Below, piece by piece: positions 40,764 to 49,942 of a stretch of DNA of 64,000 nt. The notes under the pieces are model-generated. The model did not search any database. It was not told where the DNA came from and saw only the letters and a program-made list of their open reading frames with translations. The position numbers were made by a program, and so were the translations under genes. This DNA is from a virus (lineage: Duplodnaviria > Caudoviricetes): positions 1 through 64,000 of IMG/VR virus record IMGVR_UViG_2834443690_000002; one strand, written 5' to 3'. Within the stretch, counting starts at the first letter, position 1; the number at the start of each line of letters is the position of its first letter.

Positions 40764-40993
40764 CGTCTCCCTCCTTTTCCCTTTCTTTTGTTTCGCCTGG
40801 ACATATAGCGTTCATAACGGCTTGACTTGGTTTTGATTGTTTCCGTGGTAATAATGGGTCCTTGTGTATACCAATAACCTTCTGGGCCTAGAACCCAAAG
40901 AGCACCACATAAGCATTTAGTCTTGACTTCTGCCTCTGGGAATTCCATGGGTAAACCGCAGTAACATGTTTGGGATGCTTGCTTGAGTACCAT
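40760..40993 (-). CDS. Small zinc-ribbon protein
   Basis: CYCG...CLCG; AAGGAGG RBS before MVLKQ. Confidence 0.55.
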   Translation of the reverse strand: MVLKQASQTCYCGLPMEFPEAEVKTKCLCGALWVLGPEGYWYTQGPIITTETIKTKSSRYERYMSRRNKRKGKGGRR

Positions 40994-41006
40994 GGGGCTT
41001 ACCTCC

Positions 41007-41108
41007 TTAAGCAATGACTCCGACAATCAAGAGAATGCGCTGAGCTTTTAAATAGCGCTTGAAGTCCGATATGCTACCACGAAAGCTGTCAATGCCGAGC
41101 TTGTCCAA
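41007..41108 (-). CDS. 33-aa peptide, absent from ORF track
   Basis: GGGGAGGTG RBS, TTG start, MDKLGIDSFRGSISDFKRYLKAQRILLIVGVIA. Confidence 0.5.
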   Translation of the reverse strand: MDKLGIDSFRGSISDFKRYLKAQRILLIVGVIA

Positions 41109-41190
41109 TGTGATCACCTCCCCTCAATACCAACGTTTTCACAAGCAAGCCTCGCTCCTCCTCAATATAGAACTCATCCAAAAATAAGAC

Positions 41191-41394
41191 TCAAACTATT
41201 TTGAAATTCTCTACCTCTTGTTGCGTCATCCATGCATCAAGACCTGCTTGCCGGAAAAGATATCTTCCTCCACATCGAATTGGAGTTATTTTTTTACGCT
41301 TAACCATTTCTAGTAATAACCAGTACGAAATCCCAAGGTATTCTGCTGCCTCTTTTGAGCTAAGTGTTGCTCTTTGAATCATGCCATTCCCCAC
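41191..41394 (-). CDS. Excisionase-like HTH (MerR-type)
   Basis: LSSKEAAEYLGIS...IP...G.RYLF...LDAW. Confidence 0.85.
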   Translation of the reverse strand: MGNGMIQRATLSSKEAAEYLGISYWLLLEMVKRKKITPIRCGGRYLFRQAGLDAWMTQQEVENFKIV

Positions 41395-41416
41395 CTTTTT
41401 GTTAACGCGCCCGCCT

Positions 41417-41626
41417 TTATCTACTTAAAGTAGATCCGGGGCTAAAAAAAATTTCATCCACAGGCAAATTAACTATTTTACAGAACTCTTTTGCTTTTCC
41501 AACAGGCATCTCGTCAGCATTATGCTCCCATTTCATATATGTTTGCCGGTGTACTCCGAGTAATTCGGCTACTTTCTTCTGCGAAAGCTCCTTTCTCAGT
41601 CTTGCTTGTTTTGCTGATATTGCCAT
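41417..41626 (-). CDS. Cro-like XRE regulator
   Basis: LSQKKVAELLGVHRQTY..WE; divergent from repressor. Confidence 0.88.
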   Translation of the reverse strand: MAISAKQARLRKELSQKKVAELLGVHRQTYMKWEHNADEMPVGKAKEFCKIVNLPVDEIFFSPGSTLSR

Positions 41627-41764
41627 GTTTTTCTCCCCTCTTTTCTTATAGCTTGAGTTAATAGTAGTCTACTAAAAGTAGATTGTCAACAACAAAAACT
41701 ATATTTTTTCTATCTTTTGGTTGATATTTTTCAACATATCAATTATAATCTACTTAAAATAGAC
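41419..41764. promoter_or_regulatory. Three palindromic operator-like sites of the lysis/lysogeny switch
   Basis: ATCTACTTAAAGTAGAT (41419), GTCTACTAAAAGTAGAT (41667), ATCTACTTAAAATAGAC (41748). Confidence 0.7.
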
Positions 41765-41787
41765 AGGGAAATAATGGAGGTAAAACC

Positions 41788-42111
41788 GTGGGAATTAGTG
41801 AAAATATTAAGGCCCTACGCGAAAAATATGGACTTACACAACAGGATCTAGCTGAGATAGCTGGTGTATCAAATAAGGCGGTATCAGCTTGGGAAACAGG
41901 TCAGAAAGAGCCCCGCATGGGAGCAATTGAAAAAATAGCTAATCACTTCAAGATTAGAAAGAGTAACTTAATTGAAGAAGATGGATTAGCAGAATCCGAA
42001 ACAGATCTGCCAAAGACGATCGCAGCGCATTTTGAGGGGGATGATTATACACAAGAAGAACTACAGGAAATTTTAGAATATGCAAAATACATCAAGTCAA
42101 AGCGGAAATGA
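41788..42111 (+). CDS. CI/ImmR-like repressor
   Basis: XRE HTH LTQQDLAEIAGVS..AVSAWE; IAAH cleavage-type motif. Confidence 0.9.
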   Translation: MGISENIKALREKYGLTQQDLAEIAGVSNKAVSAWETGQKEPRMGAIEKIANHFKIRKSNLIEEDGLAESETDLPKTIAAHFEGDDYTQEELQEILEYAKYIKSKRK

Positions 42112-42595
42112 GAGTGATGTCGGTTTGGTTTTGTCTAATTCATTATTGATAGAAGTAGAAAAACGAGGAATAAGTATTGAGGAACATTGTTTTAAAACAA
42201 AAAAGCTTAAGGGGCTCTATGTAGATAATGTAATCATTCTTAATCCGGCAAATATCAAGAATAGCGCAGAAAGACGTTGCGTTTTATGCGAAGAACTTGG
42301 ACATTATGAAACAACTGATGGCAACATCCTAGACTTATCAGATATTCGAAATCGAAAACAGGAAAAACGTGCACGAAATTGGGCATACGAAAAACTAATA
42401 CCTCTCCAGAGCATTGTGGAAGCTTCCAAAGAGGGAGTTTGCAACAGATATGAACTCGCAGAATTTTTAGATGTTACAGAGGACTTCCTGGACGAGGCAA
42501 TAAAGCATTACAGAGAGAAATATGGACTTTATTCGGAATGGGAAAGCTTCATAATATATTTTGATCCGTTAGGGGTACTTGAGACTTACAACTAG
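42080..42595 (+). CDS. ImmA/IrrE-family metallopeptidase (antirepressor)
   Basis: LKGLY, EELGH, QEKRAR.WA. Confidence 0.88.
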   Translation: MQNTSSQSGNESDVGLVLSNSLLIEVEKRGISIEEHCFKTKKLKGLYVDNVIILNPANIKNSAERRCVLCEELGHYETTDGNILDLSDIRNRKQEKRARNWAYEKLIPLQSIVEASKEGVCNRYELAEFLDVTEDFLDEAIKHYREKYGLYSEWESFIIYFDPLGVLETYN

Positions 42596-42644
42596 TATTA
42601 CTTTAAGATAATGTCCCCTTATATATATTTTTTTACCATTTTGG

Positions 42645-42678
42645 GAACGTATGTTTCTAATAATGGGAACCTACATTC
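42645..42678 (+). promoter_or_regulatory. LexA-box-like sites upstream of integrase
   Basis: GAAC-GTAT-GTTT(C) at 42645 and GAAC-CTAC-ATTC at 42667. Confidence 0.55.
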
Positions 42679-42695
42679 GAAAGGAGATAACTCAG

Positions 42696-44045
42696 ATGGC
42701 CCATGCAGAATTCAAGGGGATAGGAACCAAAGGGCAGGCTAAATTTCGCCTCTATTTCGACGGCCCCAAAAAAGCCGATGGCAGACGAAACCAGAAGAAG
42801 GAATCCTATTCCATCGACCCCCTACCCGAGAAAGCCGGCGCTATTGCTAATGCTGCAAAGAATAGGCAAAAAGGCATTGCAACTAAAACTGAAAACCTCC
42901 TATTAGAGCGATTCGAGAAAAAAGCTACTGAATCAGCTGAGACTGAAGCAAAGAAAAGAGAAGATGAAATTAATAAACCGAACTATGTTGAACCGGTTGT
43001 AAACAAAGAACACTTTGTGAATCATTCTGCTCGTTGGCTGAAATATAAAGCTGGCACTGCACGCAAGGGAAAGCGTCAGCCTAAGACCGTCTGGAGATAT
43101 GAGCAACTACTTCAGCGTATCGATGATTTTTTTCAGAGCGATTTTGTTGAAGACATAAACATTGATAGGGTTGAGGAGTTCTATGCTTGGTTAGCAAGGC
43201 AACCCAAAAAAAGGGGGAAAAATCAAAAGAAAGATCCCGAAGGTTTTCTCTCGGAACGGACGCAGTGGCATTATCACCGCTGTCTCTATTACATCTTAGA
43301 GTATGCTGTCGCTCGTGAAAAGTTAGCCTCTAACCCTTGTCGCCATGTCAGACCACAAGAAATACCTGATGATCTAGACGAAAAAAGGCCAGACTCTTAC
43401 ACGGCTGACGAGGCAGCCAAAATACGCGAATTAATGGAGAAGGAACCTCTAAAGAATAGAGTTTTTGTACAGATCGCCCTAGAGATTGGACCACGCCCAG
43501 AAGAAATACATGCCCTCAAGTGGGTAGATATTGATTTCAAAAACCGGCTTATAGACTTTAATAAAACGTGGCAATATATCCCCAAAAAAGGATCTTTTGA
43601 AAAGCCGCATTTAAAAAACAAATCTAGTCGCCGTAAAATTAAGGTATCGGCGAGCACCACATTTCTTCTGAAGCAACTAAAAAATGAGCAGGAAGTCGAA
43701 GCAAAGAAAGCAGGTAGCAAATGGGTCAATAGCGGTGCTTTATTTGTAAATTGGCAAGGGAAACAACTATCTGCCACTTGGGCCGGTGACTGGTGGAGGA
43801 AGTGGATACTTACAACAGATCTGCCAGTTAAAACTTTATATTGCCTGCGCCATACGTGTCTTAGTCTTCTTCTTGATGCTGGAGCAAACCCACTCGAGGT
43901 AGCCCGTATGGCAGGACACTCTAACGCAGAAATGCTCTGGAGGGTTTACGGGCACGCCGTAGAAAAAGAACATTTTGCCGGTGCAGATATCATGGAGTCA
44001 ATCATGAAGAAGAAACAAAAAGAACCTTCTCCGCAACTAAGTTAA
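42696..44045 (+). CDS. int: Prophage tyrosine integrase
   Basis: GPRPEE (R), YCLRHT, AGHS, VY.H; AAGGAG RBS before ATG 42696. Confidence 0.92.
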   Translation: MAHAEFKGIGTKGQAKFRLYFDGPKKADGRRNQKKESYSIDPLPEKAGAIANAAKNRQKGIATKTENLLLERFEKKATESAETEAKKREDEINKPNYVEPVVNKEHFVNHSARWLKYKAGTARKGKRQPKTVWRYEQLLQRIDDFFQSDFVEDINIDRVEEFYAWLARQPKKRGKNQKKDPEGFLSERTQWHYHRCLYYILEYAVAREKLASNPCRHVRPQEIPDDLDEKRPDSYTADEAAKIRELMEKEPLKNRVFVQIALEIGPRPEEIHALKWVDIDFKNRLIDFNKTWQYIPKKGSFEKPHLKNKSSRRKIKVSASTTFLLKQLKNEQEVEAKKAGSKWVNSGALFVNWQGKQLSATWAGDWWRKWILTTDLPVKTLYCLRHTCLSLLLDAGANPLEVARMAGHSNAEMLWRVYGHAVEKEHFAGADIMESIMKKKQKEPSPQLS

Positions 44046-44181
44046 AAGGTGGAACAAAAGTGGAACTTTCGATTCAAAAACAAGCCCAAATCAACATTAC
44101 GATACCTGAAACTAAAATTTCAAAACATGGATATACCAATGGTTTCAGCACTTAACCTAAACATACAAAACGAAAAGGAAT

Positions 44182-44229
44182 GGTCTCCAAAACCGTCAGT
44201 GAGGGTTCGACTCCTTCATCCCCTGCCAA
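44182..44229 (+). repeat. att core: 3' half of tRNA-Trp(CCA), copy 1
   Basis: GGTCTCCAAAACCGTCAGTGAGGGTTCGACTCCTTCATCCCCTGCCAA; anticodon loop, T-arm and CCA present, 5' half absent. Confidence 0.92.
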
Positions 44230-44368
44230 TGACGTTTAAAACGTAGAGTACATAAGGGTTTCGTACATTTTTCGTGAATGTTACGAGACTCTTTTTGATT
44301 TGTCTGATTATTCGAGACCGTTGGTGTGGTTTGCTCCTCATCTAAATATTAGAAAGTGAGGAATACCA

Positions 44369-45361
44369 ATGGTTAGACAACGATTAACGGTCAAGGACAA
44401 CAACGGTTTTAAACCGTCTGTTATTCGTGACCGACGTGAGCAGACCGTCCTATCAACACAAGATTTCCTAGAATTACACGGCAAGTTCATCCAGCACAAA
44501 GCCTTAGAAGGTCTGGCTCCACGGACTCTAAAGGACCATCTTACCCATATGGGGTACTTCAAAAAATTTCTCTTTGAAGACCAACGGTTTAGTCTAGACC
44601 GTTATATTGACGTGGACGTGTTTCGAGGGTATTTAAGCCATATGATTTCCGATAAGAGTCTAAAACCATGCACAATTAACATTAGATTACGGACCCTAAA
44701 ATGTTTTTTGAAATGGTTGTTCGATGAAGATTATATCGATTTTAACTACTCCCTAAAATTAAAACTAGTTAAAACCCCCGAAGACACTATTAAGCCTCTT
44801 TCCGATTCGGACACCCGTAAAATGTTAAAAGCCCCAGACAGAAGTACGTATTCAGGCTTGAGAGACTTTTGCCTAATGGTTCTAATGTTAGACTGTGGAA
44901 TCAGAATCGGTGAGGCCGTAAAATTAACGGTCAACGATGTTGATACAAGGCTTGGTTTAATTAATGTACGTCCTGAAAATGCCAAAACACGAGTTTATCG
45001 GCAATTGCCCATAAGCCAAAAGACTTGTAAACTCTTGATCGAGTTAATCAAGATTGCCCAAGATAATGACTCAGAGTACGTTTTTCAATCCACTTTTGGT
45101 GGGATGGTGAGCAAGGATAACATTATTGCTTATTTTGAAAAGTATGGCAAGAAAGCCGGGGTCAAGGTTCGGTGTACCCCTCACATTTTTAGACATACTT
45201 TTGCAACAAACTTCGTCAGGTCAGGTGGGGATATCTTTACACTACAAAAAATACTAGGACACTCCACCCTTGTAATGTGCCGTAAATATATTCAACTAGA
45301 TAACTCAGACTTAGTTCGGAAACATCACCAAGCTAATCCATTAGATAAATATATTCAATAA
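44369..45361 (+). CDS. Tyrosine recombinase/integrase (XerD-like)
   Basis: GIRIGE, K, HIFRH, LGH, Y. Confidence 0.93.
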   Translation: MVRQRLTVKDNNGFKPSVIRDRREQTVLSTQDFLELHGKFIQHKALEGLAPRTLKDHLTHMGYFKKFLFEDQRFSLDRYIDVDVFRGYLSHMISDKSLKPCTINIRLRTLKCFLKWLFDEDYIDFNYSLKLKLVKTPEDTIKPLSDSDTRKMLKAPDRSTYSGLRDFCLMVLMLDCGIRIGEAVKLTVNDVDTRLGLINVRPENAKTRVYRQLPISQKTCKLLIELIKIAQDNDSEYVFQSTFGGMVSKDNIIAYFEKYGKKAGVKVRCTPHIFRHTFATNFVRSGGDIFTLQKILGHSTLVMCRKYIQLDNSDLVRKHHQANPLDKYIQ

Positions 45362-45736
45362 TGAGCTATAAGAAGTGAGACACTCACCTTACTTTTGTCG
45401 AATTAAACTGTGTAATCGTTACGGAAATAAACCCCACCGACCCTACCCAACCAAAACAACATCCAAGAGGTAGAGGTAAAACCAACCAAGATCCTCCAAT
45501 CTACCTACGTAAGGTGTCATATTCAAGTGGTGGCTAATTCCAGACATTAATTAACTCGTCTACACCATACAGTTACTTTACTTTAGGAAATCAAGAAAGC
45601 AGTCGATAACTGGGTACAATCTTCCCATGTCGGCTGCTCTAATGATCTCGGTTTAAAATTAAAACTGAACAGTATTAATTAACAATTTGTCCCCCTTTTA
45701 GCTAAGATTTTTATGACATTGGCAATTTGAGTAAAT

Positions 45737-47668
45737 TTACTCCAATAGTTTATTAACGTCTTTAAAAAATTTTTCAAATCGTTCTAATGTAATTTCTAGA
45801 TCCGGCCATTCAATTTCCGGGTGTTCCACTAGGTAAACAGATGGTTGAAAATGATCAAACTCTGGAACTTCTGGGGGCAACGTCCCAAAGTATTCTTCCA
45901 CCTTCTTAACAATCCTCATCGACTTGCATTCACTTTTTGCTGCATTAAATTCACACCCGCCTTCCAATTTATAACAATGGTTGATAAGGCTACTATAAAA
46001 ATTTATACCTATTAAATCCTCTACGTCAGCCTCTGATTGTCCTGCATACATTTCGGCAGAAAAGACATGTCCCTGCCTTAATAATTCTGACTCTCTTAAA
46101 CTCCTAATCTTCTTTTTATCCCCTTCTGCATAATCAGTTAGAACTGCTACATGTAATTTATTCCCACCAAAAAGAGCCACGAAACTAGAAATTTTATCCA
46201 CACCACCAGCTGGAGCAACTGTCCACCTAGGGTCAAGTCCTTCTCTATTTCTTTTCTTCAATTGAGTAGTAAACCATCTTATGTAAAGGAGGTCTGAAGG
46301 TCCCTCAACTAATAATGTATTTTTTCCAACAAATAATGTTTGGGTTATATCATAACCTAAGGCAGCCTGTAATGGGAATATAGTATCAGAATCGGTTGCA
46401 AGTACATGATCCCCAACTTTAGTTCCAAGAACTTCCCCCTCAATCGAAGAAAGATCCTCGACTGTTCTAACACTTAGTATGTTTTCTGCATCTATCATAA
46501 ATGGAGAATGAGTTGTATAAATAACCTGATACTTTGGTAGGAGCTTTTCCTTAATAAATCGAAGTAAATCACTCTGTGCTTTGGCATGTAAATTTAGACC
46601 AGGTTCATCTAATAGCAATAAAAGGTTATCTCCGTAAACATTTTGAATGTGTGAAAACCATGCCAAAAATGAAAAGAACCAAATGAATCCTGAACTTCGT
46701 TCATCGAAATTGACAGATACTTCATGACGTTTATTGTAAATACGAGTCCTTAAAATATTACCTGTATTAAATGGTGGTGGATCATTTGGTCTTCCAACAT
46801 CGAATCTAATTTGAACAGACAGATCCTTGTTTTGACTCCAATACTCGAAGATTTGTTTAGATATACGATTTGAAGTAGACTCAAGCTTTGCAATCAATCG
46901 TTCAGCTTTAGTTGCTGAAGAAAATGTTTCTGGTGTAACCCCTGCAAGATATAAGAGAGCAACAAAGGTCTTTTCTTGGGTGTTCAATTGGTTTTGACTA
47001 CGTTTCTGAATAAATTGTTCATATTGGACTTGTCCAGGAAGAGTTTGATATTGGGAAAAATATAGAATTTTAGGAATGTACTCTATAAGTAACTTATTTG
47101 CAACTTCACTAACGGACCGATCAGGAAATATCTTAATCAGCATTTGGAATAACTTGTCCTGTTCGTCGTTTCTTCCTTGTATCTGTTCCAAATGGTTAAT
47201 TAAGGCTTTTACATCTTCAAAATTGCCATCAACAGGCATCTCTTCAATGCCACATTGTTCTAAATAGTAGTTTATTACAGACTGCTGATTTATTTCTATC
47301 TTAAGGATATATTCATTGTCATAACCTTTTAATATTACTATTGTAGGGCTCAACAGTGAACCTCTACCCAATACCTGTTCGATTTGTTCAACCTCTTTGT
47401 CCGTCAATTCCCATTGTGTATTAAGCACGTTTGAACGATCTACAAGTAATCCTTCTTCAAACTCCGACAGGAACCTTCTCGGATACTCTTCAATATCAAA
47501 TTTGTCCTGACTTAAATCTACAGGATTTAGTTTATACAAGGCTTCTAATAGACTACTTTTTCCAGATTCGTTCTTCCCCACAAGACAAGTGACGGGTTCA
47601 ATTGTAAATTCTCCAGAATCCTCAATGCACTTGTAGTTTTCAATACGTAATGTTTTAAGAATCACCAA
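45737..47668 (-). CDS. OLD-family ABC ATPase-TOPRIM nuclease
   Basis: GKNESGKS, RSSG, LLLDEP..LH, TTHSP, LLVEGPSD, LTD, EDL. Confidence 0.88.
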   Translation of the reverse strand: MVILKTLRIENYKCIEDSGEFTIEPVTCLVGKNESGKSSLLEALYKLNPVDLSQDKFDIEEYPRRFLSEFEEGLLVDRSNVLNTQWELTDKEVEQIEQVLGRGSLLSPTIVILKGYDNEYILKIEINQQSVINYYLEQCGIEEMPVDGNFEDVKALINHLEQIQGRNDEQDKLFQMLIKIFPDRSVSEVANKLLIEYIPKILYFSQYQTLPGQVQYEQFIQKRSQNQLNTQEKTFVALLYLAGVTPETFSSATKAERLIAKLESTSNRISKQIFEYWSQNKDLSVQIRFDVGRPNDPPPFNTGNILRTRIYNKRHEVSVNFDERSSGFIWFFSFLAWFSHIQNVYGDNLLLLLDEPGLNLHAKAQSDLLRFIKEKLLPKYQVIYTTHSPFMIDAENILSVRTVEDLSSIEGEVLGTKVGDHVLATDSDTIFPLQAALGYDITQTLFVGKNTLLVEGPSDLLYIRWFTTQLKKRNREGLDPRWTVAPAGGVDKISSFVALFGGNKLHVAVLTDYAEGDKKKIRSLRESELLRQGHVFSAEMYAGQSEADVEDLIGINFYSSLINHCYKLEGGCEFNAAKSECKSMRIVKKVEEYFGTLPPEVPEFDHFQPSVYLVEHPEIEWPDLEITLERFEKFFKDVNKLLE

Positions 47669-47847
47669 AATCCCCCCTTAATCCGGTCAATATAATGGCA
47701 TAATTCTCTATTTTACATTAAATACCTCTATAAATTTTTAAATATATTCGTAGTAATTGATTTAAACGATGAAATTCACTTGACGTAATGTAAGAGATGT
47801 TTTATGAATGCAAAATTCTCGTAAGAACGGGTAAGGATTAACAATAT

Positions 47848-47991
47848 CGTACCGTAAGGTGTACCTTTTGATACGGAAATCAATCTTTCAAGAATCTAGT
47901 CATATCAGCATTTCGGAAACGTCAATTACGTAGCAAAAGGTTCTAAAGTAAATTATGGTACGTATCATTATCTTTATTGACCTTTTGATAC
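47848..47991. promoter_or_regulatory. res site (three inverted-repeat subsites) of the serine resolvase
   Basis: CGTACCGTAAGG-TGTA-CCTTTTGATACG; CGTAGCAAAAGG...TATGGTACG; CGTATCA...CCTTTTGATAC. Confidence 0.75.
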
Positions 47992-48037
47992 ATCAATGAT
48001 ACTATTGGATCAGATAAGTGTATTGGAGGTCTTGACA

Positions 48038-48673
48038 ATGAACGGTGCAAACAAAATCTATGGATATGCCAGAGTATCGACTAAAGAGCAGAATTTGGAC
48101 AGGCAGATTGCAGAGTTGATGAAATATGTAGCCAACGAAAGGGACATCATTACAGACAAGGCCAGTGGTAAAAACTTTAACCGTTCAGGTTATATGATAC
48201 TTAGAGAAACACTACTTAGGCCAGGAGATACACTCGTTATTAAGGAGCTTGATCGGCTGGGCAGAGATATGTGCATGATAAAAGAAGAATGGAACACCTT
48301 GATCAAAATGGGGGTTGATATTATCGTTATAGATACCCCCATGCTGAACACTAACGGCAAGGACACTCTTGAAAAGACTTTGATTAGCAATATCGTGTTT
48401 GAGCTTTTGTCGTATATGGCACAGAAGGAACGAGACAAGATTAGATCTAGGCAAGCAGAAGGCATAGCAGCCTTAAGGGCAAGGAACAATGGCAAGGGCA
48501 TTGGCAGACCTGTGATTATTGAACTCTCGAACAGGTTTACAGAGGTTTACAATCAATGGAAGGCAGAAGAGATTACAGCAGTAAAAGCAATGGAACTATG
48601 TGGACTAAGTAAGGCAACGTTCTACAGAAAAGTAAAAGAGTATGAAGCTCAGCAAGCAAAAAAGCAGGGGTAG
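48038..48673 (+). CDS. Small serine recombinase (resolvase/invertase)
   Basis: YGYARVST..Q, LDRLGR, GRP, C-terminal HTH; GGAGG RBS. Confidence 0.93.
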   Translation: MNGANKIYGYARVSTKEQNLDRQIAELMKYVANERDIITDKASGKNFNRSGYMILRETLLRPGDTLVIKELDRLGRDMCMIKEEWNTLIKMGVDIIVIDTPMLNTNGKDTLEKTLISNIVFELLSYMAQKERDKIRSRQAEGIAALRARNNGKGIGRPVIIELSNRFTEVYNQWKAEEITAVKAMELCGLSKATFYRKVKEYEAQQAKKQG

Positions 48674-49294
48674 TACCTGCTTTCTCTAATACATAAAGAC
48701 TTTTTAGTCCACTGCCCATATCGAGAAATCCAACGTTCAATTTACCACTTCACAAAAACAATGGACGTTTACGAAAGTGAAGCCACCGTGGGTAAAATCA
48801 TGGGGGTACGTCAAATTGCCTGTGCCTAGTGTAACGACTAAATACACCACATATCTAATATTCTCAATCAGACGGTCCTATCCATTATAATTACTGCCCT
48901 TACCACCAACAAGGCTACCCTATCTGTACAATCCTAGTTGTTAAAAGTGGATATGTAAGATTTTTCATATTTTTTTGTTTAAAAACTCCGGCCCCCCTGG
49001 CTGATAGAACAGTTCTTCCACGACTCACTCACCTATAAAGTCACTTCCGGGCAAACATGCACAATTTTCTTGGGGTGGCTTTTTGGACAAATGGGTCTAT
49101 GGTTAACTAAGCAGCTATCGATAAGGCATTCTCCCCTGATGGGGAATGTCTTTTTCAATTAAAGGGATGCCACCGTCAGTATAGAAATGCCCCCCACACT
49201 ATTTCCCAATAAAAGAAAAAACCTATGTCGATTCTAAATGTACAACCTCGTTGGTATCCATCGTTATATCACATGCCACCCGTTTTAGAACATC

Positions 49295-49930
49295 TTAATA
49301 TTCAATGTCGTCAAACACAACGGGAATTACTTCTTTAAATTTATCCAGCAGTGGTCTTGCAATTTGTCTTATTTGAGGGTGGGCACTTAGTGTTGTTCTT
49401 AATCTGAAAAAATGTCTCCATTCCCTAAGGTTCATAGTCATAACAATTTCGGTCTTAAGACTATTAGGCAATATACTTCGAGCCTGCTGTGGTTCTGCCC
49501 CGAGTTTAATCAGTTCGAAATAATTCTTCTCAATAGTTTCCATTGTGGACTTCCATATTAAGTATTTTTCTTTGCTCTGTTTGCTATCATCCTCCCAGAA
49601 ATAAGGTTTGATAAAGGTAAGTTCATTGTTAAATCTATCTTTACTATAATTACAATATCTTGTGCTCTCTTGACTGTAACTTGCAATCCTGTGCCTAACG
49701 ATCTCATGACTGACTCCACGGTCACAGACAACTCTTACTGTTATTTTCTCATGTTCTAGAACAGATTCATGTCCACTCGTTATAATTTTCTTGACGAAAT
49801 TCATTGCTGTCACTTCCGAAATTTGGTCCTCACTTTTATAGCAGGTCCTCCCTGCTCGTTCCACTTTTTTAATTAATTCCATTCCATTTATTTGTTCCTC
49901 TAACGTACTGGATGGCTCGATTATTTTCAC
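49295..49930 (-). CDS. thyX: FAD-dependent thymidylate synthase
   Basis: GHESVLEH, RHRIASYSQESTRY (RHRx7S), AR..LP, F.LR...AH..IR. Confidence 0.95.
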   Translation of the reverse strand: MKIIEPSSTLEEQINGMELIKKVERAGRTCYKSEDQISEVTAMNFVKKIITSGHESVLEHEKITVRVVCDRGVSHEIVRHRIASYSQESTRYCNYSKDRFNNELTFIKPYFWEDDSKQSKEKYLIWKSTMETIEKNYFELIKLGAEPQQARSILPNSLKTEIVMTMNLREWRHFFRLRTTLSAHPQIRQIARPLLDKFKEVIPVVFDDIEY

Positions 49931-49942
49931 AAATATTCCTCC

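Larger units (their letters stand above)
1..44229. mobile_element. Temperate prophage (myovirus: lambda-like head, P2-like contractile tail); left end outside window
   Basis: Complete colinear set of lysis, tail, head, packaging, replication, lysogeny and integrase genes ending at a tRNA-Trp 3' att core. Confidence 0.95.

Noticed and set aside
44150-44229. Intact tRNA-Trp gene
   Set aside because: No acceptor-stem 5' strand or D-arm upstream of either copy; both are att fragments
44049-44246. 65-aa ORF after the integrase
   Set aside because: Runs across arm-type repeats and the att core; likely spurious
45737-47668. Gabija or retron system
   Set aside because: No adjacent UvrD helicase or reverse transcriptase; the SF2-like helicase is 13 kb away in a separate operon
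48950-49100. cos/pac-like site in the island (CCGGCCCCCCTGG region)
   Set aside because: No visible similarity to the prophage terS-upstream region; unsupported
47848-49200. Tn3-family transposon or invertible segment around the resolvase
   Set aside because: No transposase, no paired terminal inverted repeats, and only one res site seen
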